The notes beneath the pieces are model-generated. The model had not been told where the DNA came from. It saw only the letters and a program-made list of their open reading frames with translations, and ran no database searches. The position numbers were made by a program, and so were the translations under genes. DNA of 42,631 nucleotides, taken from contig WQUN01000203.1 of NCBI GenBank assembly GCA_009782085.1, positions 1 to 42,631 of the forward strand, given 5' to 3'. This DNA is from Bacillota bacterium (GTDB lineage: Bacteria; Bacillota; Clostridia; Lachnospirales; WQUN01). Shown here one piece after another: positions 1 through 6,599 of the stretch; position 1 is the stretch's first letter; each line of letters opens with the position of its first letter.

Positions 1-546
1 CGGGCCGCCGTCCGCCTGCGTTTCCGGCGCACCGGCGTAAGTCTGCGCCTCCGGCGGGCTGTTGTCCGTCCGCGTTTTCGCAGAATCGGTGTCCGCCTTC
101 TTTTCCGGCGCGGCCGGCCGTTCCGAATAACCAGTCAGCTCTGGATAACCCGTCGGGGACGTCAATGACGATTCTGTAAATTCAGCCGCTTCGAGGGATT
201 CCGGCGGGCCGGCGTAAGTTTGCGTTTCCGGCGGGCTGTCGTCCGCTTGCGTTTCCGGCGCGCTAGTATAAGCCTGCGTTTCCGGCGCGGCTGTCAGCCA
301 CGAATAGTCCGGCTGCTCCGCATGATCCGCGTCCGGCTGCTCCGCATAGTCCGCCGCGTCCGCCTGCTCCGCATAGTCCGTCGCGTCCGCCTGCTCCGAA
401 CGGTTCGCGTCCGGCAGAACCGGCGCTTCCGCCAAGCCCGCCGCGCTCTCCGCCTCAGCCGTTTCCGGCGAAAATCCGGTTTCCGGCATACTCGCCGCCA
501 TATTCGGTTTTTTCGGCTTGTTCACGGCGCGTTCACGCTTATCCAT
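1..546 (-). CDS. Partial CDS (N-terminus in window, continues past left edge): acidic Pro/Glu/Thr/Ala-rich repeat protein, function unknown
   Basis: The minus-strand frame has no stop from ATG 546-544 down to base 1 (checked triplet by triplet). It is absent from the ORF track because it has no stop inside the window. Translation is MDKRERAVNKPKKPNMAASMPETGFSPETAEAES...DYAEQADAADYAEQPDADHAEQPDYS...APETQAYTSAPETQADDSPPETQTYAGPPE, with degenerate PETQ / DYAEQ repeats. It lies 40 nt downstream of the BMC-H gene on the same strand. High-GC DNA yields long chance ORFs, so coding status is tentative. Confidence 0.4.
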   Translation of the reverse strand, partial: MDKRERAVNKPKKPNMAASMPETGFSPETAEAESAAGLAEAPVLPDANRSEQADATDYAEQADAADYAEQPDADHAEQPDYSWLTAAPETQAYTSAPETQADDSPPETQTYAGPPESLEAAEFTESSLTSPTGYPELTGYSERPAAPEKKADTDSAKTRTDNSPPEAQTYAGAPETQADGGP

Positions 547-586
547 TCCGCCACACCAATCTTTTAGTCACTCAATTCCGAACATT

Positions 587-862
587 TCATTTCTTCGGTA
601 AAATCAGTTCCACGTCCGAATGGGGCCTGGGTATCACGTGCGCGGCCACCAGCTCGCCCAGCTTCGCCGCCGCCCTCGAACCGACTTCCACCGCCGCCTT
701 TACCGCGCCCACGTCCCCGCGCACCATCACCGTCACCAGCCCGGAGCCGATCTTCTCCGTCCCCGTAAGAACCACGTCCGCAGCCTTTACCATCGCGTCC
801 GCCGCCTCGATCGATGCCACAAGGCCCCTGGTTTCTACCAGGCCCAACGCTTCACGATCCAT
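587..862 (-). CDS. BMC-H shell protein (PduA/PduJ/EutM-type hexamer, Pfam00936)
   Basis: The 91-aa ORF reads [59 protein letters not shown]...AAHVIPRPH. This is near-consensus BMC-H and includes the K-I-G-S-G pore motif. Confidence 0.93.
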   Translation of the reverse strand: MDREALGLVETRGLVASIEAADAMVKAADVVLTGTEKIGSGLVTVMVRGDVGAVKAAVEVGSRAAAKLGELVAAHVIPRPHSDVELILPKK

Positions 863-886
863 ATCAATCCCTCCCGGATATAAATA

Positions 887-1195
887 TTATGACAGCGCGT
901 CTATTGCCAGCATCCTCTCGGTGTCGCCCGCGGGGTTCGCTATAACATGCCTCGCCACCACCCCGGACACCGCCGCGGCGGCGCGTTCCCCGGCCGCAAG
1001 CCCCGCCTCCACGTCTGAGACGCTTCCCCTGATCTTCACGAGGATTATCAGAGGCACGGGCAAAGTCTCCGCCTTGGCGGGCTTGTTCCGGTCGAAAGCC
1101 TCTATCGAGACGTTCGCCGCCTTGCAGGCCGCGTCCCCGGCCGCGAACGCCGCCGCCAGCCCGTAAACCTCCAGAAGGCCCACTGCCTCGCCCAT
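887..1195 (-). CDS. Divergent single-domain BMC shell protein (PduK-core-like) with an expanded pore loop
   Basis: The 102-aa ORF has a BMC-domain N-terminus (GLLEVYGLAAAFAAGDAACKAANV) and C-terminal half (ILVKIRGSVSDVEAGLAAG...ARHVIANP). The canonical KIGSG loop is replaced by DRNKPAKAETLPVP. A GGGGTGG RBS precedes the ATG at 1195. Confidence 0.8.
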   Translation of the reverse strand: MGEAVGLLEVYGLAAAFAAGDAACKAANVSIEAFDRNKPAKAETLPVPLIILVKIRGSVSDVEAGLAAGERAAAAVSGVVARHVIANPAGDTERMLAIDALS

Positions 1196-1241
1196 AGAAC
1201 CACCCCGCAGCGGAACGGTCTACCCCGCTCCTTACATTTTT

Positions 1242-1481
1242 CTAGTACATCATCCCAAAAATAACTGCTCATGGTCATTCTGAGGCGAAGCCGAAAAATC
1301 TTAAGATCCTTCGCTTCGCTCAGGATGACATACAGCCTAACTTTTTTTTGATATGCTGTACTGGTACATCGTCCCAGAAGTAACTTGCTCATTGTCATTC
1401 TGAGGCGAAGCCGAAGAATCTAAGATCCTTCGCTACGATCAGGATGACATTTGGGCCTTTATTTACGATACGTTGTACTAG
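1242..1481. repeat. Two tandem ~120-bp hairpin (REP/MITE-like) units, repeat family A
   Basis: Unit 1 spans 1242-1364 and unit 2 spans 1362-1481. Each is bounded by CTAGTACA / TGTACTRG inverted ends. Each holds the palindrome GTCATTCTGAGGCGAAGCCGAA..AAGATCCTTCGCT.CG.TCAGGATGAC (cores 1274-1329 and 1394-1448). The ADH stop codon (1478-1480) sits in the last arm. Confidence 0.85.
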
Positions 1482-2719
1482 TTCCCGGCTACGTAAGCCA
1501 CCTTGATCCCTTCCATTTTTAGGTTCGTCCTGAGCGCCTCGTCAATTTGATCCAGCCCGAACCGGTGCGTTATCAGCTTTTCCAGCGGCAGGCCGACGCC
1601 TTTGGCGCGCTTCAGGAAGTCGAAGGTCGTGGGATAATCCCTTAGGGTGTAGACCCACGCGCCCACCAAAGTGATCTCCTTTTTGCAAATGTCGAAGTGC
1701 GGGTTTATCGTCGCGTCGCCGTTGTCCACGAAGAAACCCAGCTCGCAGAGCCCGCCGCCGCGCCGGACGAACTTCCACACCGTGGAGGCCGCCTGGGGCG
1801 AGCCGGTGCACTGGAAGGCGAAATCCGCCAGCGTCCCGCCGGTCAGGTCGCGGACGGCCTCGACCAGGACGTCCGTGTTGCGGTAGTTCTTGAAGTTCAC
1901 GGTCGTGTTCGCTCCCATGTCCTTGGCCAGGGCCAGGCGCTTCTCCTCGCCGTCGACGGCGATGATGTTCTCGATGCCCATTGTGCGCAGGACGGCGATC
2001 AGCAGCAGGCCGATCGGCCCGCAGCCCTGCACGGCCACGCGGCTGTTGAACCGCAGGATGTTCGTCAGCTTCGCGCGCTCCACGGCGTGGACGACGACGG
2101 CGGACGGCTCGATCAGAAGGCGCATGTCCAGGTCGAGGTCGTTTACCACGAAGAACGTGGAGTTCTTGCGGATCACCAGATATTCCGCGAACCAGCCGTT
2201 CAGGTGCACGTTGTCGTCCGGGAGCAGGCCGTAGACGTCCGATTTCTCCGACACGTTGAATTTGTTCATGTCGAACATGGTCATGGCCGGGTCGTCGCCG
2301 AAGATGACGCAGGTGACGATCTTGTCGCCCACCTTCACCGGCTTGCCGGCGCTGTCGCGGGTGACGTTCTTGCCCAGGCGGGCTATCGCCCCGGAACCCT
2401 CGTGCCCGAGAACCAACGGAATCAGGCCGAACGGGTCTTTCCGGTACTCGTGCGCGTCCGTGCCGCAGACGCCGCAGCCCTCCACCTTGACCAAGATTTC
2501 GTCGTCCCCGGTCGGCGGGATCGGGTATTCGCGGATCTCGAATTTCTCCTTGGCCACCAGGACGGCCGCCCGCGCCGCGGCCGGGACGGGGCCGGAACGT
2601 CCGCCCGGCGCGGGCTTGCGGCCGGGATCCGGGGCGCTTGCGCCGGGGCCCGTCCCCGGCTTCATCTCGTTAAAGACCTGCCTTACGATCTTTTCGATGT
2701 CCACGGATGTTACTTCCAA
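1478..2719 (-). CDS. Zinc-dependent medium-chain (MDR) alcohol dehydrogenase with N-terminal BMC encapsulation-peptide-like helix and Pro/Gly linker
   Basis: ORF 1478..2770 carries the GroES-like ADH motifs GCGVCGTDAHEY and GHEGSG and a Rossmann GCGPIG. The start is reassigned to TTG 2719, which has AAAGGAGGG 5 nt upstream and lies 18 nt after the ALDH stop. The N-terminus reads (M)EVTSVDIEKIVRQVFNEM followed by KPGTGPGASAPDPGRKPAPGGRSGPVP. Confidence 0.9.
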   Translation of the reverse strand: MEVTSVDIEKIVRQVFNEMKPGTGPGASAPDPGRKPAPGGRSGPVPAAARAAVLVAKEKFEIREYPIPPTGDDEILVKVEGCGVCGTDAHEYRKDPFGLIPLVLGHEGSGAIARLGKNVTRDSAGKPVKVGDKIVTCVIFGDDPAMTMFDMNKFNVSEKSDVYGLLPDDNVHLNGWFAEYLVIRKNSTFFVVNDLDLDMRLLIEPSAVVVHAVERAKLTNILRFNSRVAVQGCGPIGLLLIAVLRTMGIENIIAVDGEEKRLALAKDMGANTTVNFKNYRNTDVLVEAVRDLTGGTLADFAFQCTGSPQAASTVWKFVRRGGGLCELGFFVDNGDATINPHFDICKKEITLVGAWVYTLRDYPTTFDFLKRAKGVGLPLEKLITHRFGLDQIDEALRTNLKMEGIKVAYVAGN

Positions 2720-2736
2720 ACAAATCCCTCCTTTGT

Positions 2737-4128
2737 TCACCTGATGCACAGACTGTCGCTCATAACGCATCTTCTGCTCTTCGTGAACGTATACGCCGAC
2801 GTCAGCCCCTCGCCGGTGCGGCTGGCGATTGTGAAGGTCGTGTATCCCTCCCCGCCGAAGCCTATGGCGTTGTACGACGGGCCGTTCTTCACGAAAATGG
2901 CCGTGTCCAGCGCCTTGCCGAACTTGGTCAGGTGGTCCACGTTTTTCGAGTGCATGTGCGCGGAGTGCCTGTTCCCGTGCTCCAGGTTTTTGCAGAGCTC
3001 TATGCCGGCGTCCACGTTTTTCACCCGCACGAGGCCGATTATCGGCATCATCAGCTCTTCCCGGATCGCGGGGTGCTGCTCGGAGCCCTCGAATATGACG
3101 AGCTTCACGTCCCCGGCGTCCACCCCTATGTCGCGCAGCAGCCGCGAAGCGTCCGCGCCGACGTATTTCCGGTTCAGGACGTCCTTGCCGTTGTGCCTGA
3201 CAAAGACCAGCTGCATCAGCTTTTCGACCTCCGCCGCCGACGCGTGGTAGCAGCCGTTCTCCTTCATGTGGTGCAAGAGCTCGTCCGCGACCCGCTCCAC
3301 GGCCACGATCTCTTTCTCCGCGATGCAGGGCAGGTTGTTGTCGAAGGACGCGCCGTTGATGATGTCCACGGCGGCCTTCGGGACGTCCGCCGTCTCGTCC
3401 ACCAGCGCCGGCGGGTTCCCGGCCCCCGCGCCTATGGCGCGTTTGCCCGTGGAGAGCGCCGCGGTCACGACGCCCGGCCCGCCCGTGGCGACTATCAGCT
3501 GGATCTCCGGGTGCCTGAACATCGCCTCGCCGGACTCCAGCGTCGGATTTTCCAGGGAAACGGCGATGTTTTCGGGGCCGCCGGCCTCCAGCGACGCCCG
3601 GTTGACTATCTCCACGGCCAGGTTAGAGACGTTTTTCGCGCCGGGGTGCGGGTTGAACACGACGGTGTTCCCGGCGGCCAGCATACCGATCGCGTTGCAC
3701 AGGATCGTCTCGCTGGGGTTTGTGGACGGCGTGACCGCGCCGATAACGCCGAACGGCCCGCGCTCCACGAGGGTCAGCCCCCTGTCGCCCGACCACGCCG
3801 TCGTCGTGATGTCCTCCGTGCCGGGCGTCTTTTCGGCCACTAGCTGGTGCTTCAGGATCTTGTGCCCGACCTTGCCCATGCCCGTCTCCCGGACGCCCAG
3901 CTCGGAGAGCGCCGCGGCGTTTTTCAGGATGTTTTTGCGTATCGAGGCGATTATCTTCTCGCGGAATTCCATCGGCATGGCCGCGATCATCCGCTGGGTC
4001 GTCCGCGCGGCCGCGACAGCCGCGTCCATGTCTGCGAAGATGCCGGGGCGCTCGGCTTTCGGCGGCTCGCCGGATCTCACGCGAGAAAGGACTTCCCTGA
4101 CGATTTCCCGGATTTCGGCTTCGTCCAT
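2737..4128 (-). CDS. pduP: CoA-acylating aldehyde dehydrogenase (PduP/EutE family) with N-terminal encapsulation peptide
   Basis: The 463-aa ORF has the catalytic-Cys context FDNNLPCIAEKE, GAGAGNPP, and the overall PduP/EutE pattern. The N-terminus MDEAEIREIVREVLSRV resembles the PduP targeting helix. A GGAGGTG RBS precedes the ATG. Confidence 0.92.
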   Translation of the reverse strand: MDEAEIREIVREVLSRVRSGEPPKAERPGIFADMDAAVAAARTTQRMIAAMPMEFREKIIASIRKNILKNAAALSELGVRETGMGKVGHKILKHQLVAEKTPGTEDITTTAWSGDRGLTLVERGPFGVIGAVTPSTNPSETILCNAIGMLAAGNTVVFNPHPGAKNVSNLAVEIVNRASLEAGGPENIAVSLENPTLESGEAMFRHPEIQLIVATGGPGVVTAALSTGKRAIGAGAGNPPALVDETADVPKAAVDIINGASFDNNLPCIAEKEIVAVERVADELLHHMKENGCYHASAAEVEKLMQLVFVRHNGKDVLNRKYVGADASRLLRDIGVDAGDVKLVIFEGSEQHPAIREELMMPIIGLVRVKNVDAGIELCKNLEHGNRHSAHMHSKNVDHLTKFGKALDTAIFVKNGPSYNAIGFGGEGYTTFTIASRTGEGLTSAYTFTKSRRCVMSDSLCIR

Positions 4129-4319
4129 GTGTCACCTCCATAAAACGTTTAATCAACATTCATCCGCATAATCTGTTTTTATCCGTTAAATCCGCGTTGC
4201 CAATCTTTGTTTTGTTTATTCACATATCGCGCTATTGTCGTTTCGTTTGAAATTGAGCTTCAAACTTCGTGCGAAACGCCCCTGAACAACAGTCGTTTCG
4301 CGCTCGTTTTCAGCTCATT

Positions 4320-5291
4320 TCAAATCGAAACGACTATAGCCCCGTATTCGGCCAATGCCGTGTCCTCCGCGGCCGTGCCCCCGCTTACGCCTATCGCCCC
4401 CAGCAGCTTCCCGTCCCGGATGACCGGCGTCCCGCCGCCCACGACCGTGATCTTGCCGTCCGCGTCGATCCCGTACAGCTCCTTGCCCGGAGCGGCGAGC
4501 TTTTGCAGCTCGTGGGTCGGCGTTTTCAGCGCGGCGGCCGTGTAGGCCTTCTTTATCGCCAGATTGAACGAGATCGGGAACACGCCGTCCATCGCGTGGG
4601 CGGCGATAGGGAGCCCGTCCGGCTTTACCGCGGCCACCGCCACGCTAAGGCCCGTTTCGCGCGCCTTTTCGGTGACGCGGGCCATTACGCGCTCCGCGTC
4701 CGCCAGGCTCAGGCTTTCGGACATACAAATCACCTCCCCGCCGCTTCTGTTCGCGGCGTTCATGCTCTCCGACACGACTTTCCTGATTATATACACAAAA
4801 TCCGCATACCTCGCCAGTATGTAGAGGTAATCCGAAAGCCTGTTGATGTAGCGCATGGCTTCGGGCGAGACGGGCTTACGGCTGTTCAGGGCCGAGAGGC
4901 GCGTCTCCGCCCGGCGGCAAACCGCCCTGGCGACGTCGATATGCGCGGACAGCTCGCAGGAGCCGGGCGGCGCGAAGGTGTCCCGCTCCAGCATTTCAGC
5001 CTGCATATGGTCCATGCGGCGCTCGAGCTCTTCCGTGTCCGCGTCGAAGGAGCGGAAGGCCGGGTTCTCCCTGCAAGCAATATGCGCGCACATCGAGAAC
5101 AGCTTTTTCTGCGCGCAGCCGATGAACTCCGCCTGGCCGTCCCCGCCGTATCCGACCTTGACCAGCCCGAGGAAGGAGATCAGCTCGTCTATGGCGCCCA
5201 TCGCCGTCACCGCGTCGTCGTGCTTTTGGATCGGAACCGGGTCGAACAGCGTGGTTTTTCCGGCGTCGCCCTGTTTCGTGTATATCTTCAT
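4320..5291 (-). CDS. pduO: PduO-type ATP:cob(I)alamin adenosyltransferase fused to a C-terminal GlcG/DUF336 (PduO-C) domain
   Basis: The N-terminus is MKIYTKQGDAGKTTLFD...AMGAIDELISFLG, the PduO-type ATR signature. The C-terminal half is ...ISFNLAIKKAYTAAALKTPT...GGGTPVIRDGKLLGAIGVSGGTAAEDTALAE, matching the GlcG-like domain. The ATG overlaps the pduH stop. Confidence 0.92.
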   Translation of the reverse strand: MKIYTKQGDAGKTTLFDPVPIQKHDDAVTAMGAIDELISFLGLVKVGYGGDGQAEFIGCAQKKLFSMCAHIACRENPAFRSFDADTEELERRMDHMQAEMLERDTFAPPGSCELSAHIDVARAVCRRAETRLSALNSRKPVSPEAMRYINRLSDYLYILARYADFVYIIRKVVSESMNAANRSGGEVICMSESLSLADAERVMARVTEKARETGLSVAVAAVKPDGLPIAAHAMDGVFPISFNLAIKKAYTAAALKTPTHELQKLAAPGKELYGIDADGKITVVGGGTPVIRDGKLLGAIGVSGGTAAEDTALAEYGAIVVSI

Positions 5292-5596
5292 GCCAGTTCA
5301 AACCTTTCCCGCTTGATATATAGCGCGGCGTTCTTCCCGGCGAGCCTGGGCGCGGCGGCCGAGGGGGGCATGACCAGCGTTTTTTCCGCGTACAGCGCCG
5401 TGTATCCGGCGCGCAGCCCGATCCCGCAGCCGAAGACGCTCTCCAGAGAGGCGGCTTTTGCCATTTTAATTACGCAGTCCCCGCCCTCCGGCACGACCTC
5501 GCCGGGCACGCCCTCCTCCTCCAGCCCCGCCAGGATTTCCGGCAAAGCGGGGGAAGCGGGGTCGTCCGTGTAAATAACCGCCGCGATTTTTTCCAT
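5288..5596 (-). CDS. pduH: Diol dehydratase reactivase small (beta) subunit
   Basis: ORF 5288..5626, with the start reassigned to ATG 5596 (GGAG 8 nt upstream, 2 nt after the HAD stop). It is about 100 aa (MEKIAAVIYTDD...EEEGVP...), and its size and position next to the pduG module fit PduH/DdrB. Family similarity is weaker than for the other pdu genes. Confidence 0.78.
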   Translation of the reverse strand: MEKIAAVIYTDDPASPALPEILAGLEEEGVPGEVVPEGGDCVIKMAKAASLESVFGCGIGLRAGYTALYAEKTLVMPPSAAAPRLAGKNAALYIKRERFELA

Positions 5597-5598
5597 TG

Positions 5599-6420
5599 TC
5601 AACACTCCGCGTTTTCCTCGATCCATTTAGCCACGCCGTCGTCATCGTTTGAACTAATAACGGCGGTGGCGGCTTCCTTTAACTCCGGCACGGCGTTGGC
5701 CGTCGCGTAGCCCTCGTCCGCCGCGGAAAACAGCGATAAGTCGTTCCGTTCGTCGCCAAAAACAACCATCTTTTCACAGCCGAGCATTTCTTTGAGCCGC
5801 AGAGCGGCGTTGGCTTTCGTCGATTTTACGGGCAATATGTCACAGCAACGGTTATCGGAGTATGGCGCTTTAAGATAAATACAGCTGAAACGGCTATCCG
5901 CTTCAAAAATATTTTTTATCGGTGATAAGGCAGCGTCAGTATCCATCCATGAGAAACGGAAAATGTCTCCGACATAAAGCTCATCGGCAGTCTCGACCTC
6001 ACGGCGGCGAGGGTCTCCGATTCTGTTGTCCAGATAACTCCTCACGGCAGGCGTGACACATTTCTCGATATAGGCAAATCGCTCCGTTCCGTCGATATAC
6101 GCGCTGACAATCGGATATACTCCATATTTTTTGAGTATAGAATAAACAATCTCAACTTCATCCGATGTAAAAAAATTCAGAGGTAAAGTGTCATTTGCCG
6201 CGTTCTCAATTATAAACGCGCCGTCGCCGCAAATCACCGGAAACCTAATGTCCAATCCTGCGCTTACCTTCGACGCCGTGACAAATGACCGCGCAGTAGC
6301 GTAGGAGAAGCAGCCCCCGCGCCTGACGAACCGGTTGATCACATCCGCCGTGTATCCGGACACGCGCTCGTCCGAGCGGAGCAGCGTCCCATCCAGGTCG
6401 GAAAGGTAGAGAGTTTTCAT
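5599..6420 (-). CDS. Cof-type HAD-IIB phosphatase (sugar-phosphate phosphatase family)
   Basis: ORF 5599..6681 is trimmed to ATG 6420, which is preceded by GGAGGAACC. MKTLYLSDLDGTLL is HAD motif I, ..SYATARS.. is motif II, and ..VFGDERNDLSLF.. is motif IV. The discarded upstream part runs across intergenic repeats. Confidence 0.88.
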   Translation of the reverse strand: MKTLYLSDLDGTLLRSDERVSGYTADVINRFVRRGGCFSYATARSFVTASKVSAGLDIRFPVICGDGAFIIENAANDTLPLNFFTSDEVEIVYSILKKYGVYPIVSAYIDGTERFAYIEKCVTPAVRSYLDNRIGDPRRREVETADELYVGDIFRFSWMDTDAALSPIKNIFEADSRFSCIYLKAPYSDNRCCDILPVKSTKANAALRLKEMLGCEKMVVFGDERNDLSLFSAADEGYATANAVPELKEAATAVISSNDDDGVAKWIEENAEC

Positions 6421-6453
6421 GGTTCCTCCATCGGTTACGGCCGCTCGGATGAT

Positions 6454-6554
6454 ATACCGGAGTGCGAAAACATTAGCCTTCTCTGTCGCCGATTCGCCGC
6501 AGAAGCGTTCGTCGAATCGGCTCGTCGTCGGCAAATGTTTTCTGCATCCGGTAT
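6454..6554. repeat. Family B inverted-repeat element, copy 1 (MITE-like, 101 bp)
   Basis: Arms are (T)ATACCGGAGTGCGAAAACATT ... AAATGTTTTCTGCATCCGGTAT(A), enclosing an inner hairpin CCGATTCG..CGAATCGG. The same arms recur at 9347-9414 and 19572-19633. Confidence 0.85.
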
Positions 6555-6567
6555 AAACGGCGGCTTT

Positions 6568-6593
6568 GTCATTCTGAGCGGAGCGAAGAATCC
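6568..6593. repeat. Half copy of the family A palindrome
   Basis: GTCATTCTGAGCGGAGCGAAGAATCC matches the left arm of the family A element (1274, 1394, 25435). No right arm is present. Confidence 0.75.
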
Positions 6594-6599
6594 TTGGCG

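Noticed and set aside
220-567. 115-aa plus-strand ORF made of RFRR / VRLLRIVRR repeats
   Set aside because: It is an Arg-rich antisense reading of the repeat-containing minus-strand frame. It has no RBS and crosses the minus-strand start region.
1697-3250. Long plus-strand ORFs antisense to the BMC operon (1697..3250, 2707..3843, 4269..5573, 6594..8426, 10328..12055 and similar)
   Set aside because: Their Arg/Gly/His/Pro-rich low-complexity translations match no family I recognise. They are exact antisense shadows of strongly recognisable minus-strand genes in high-GC DNA.
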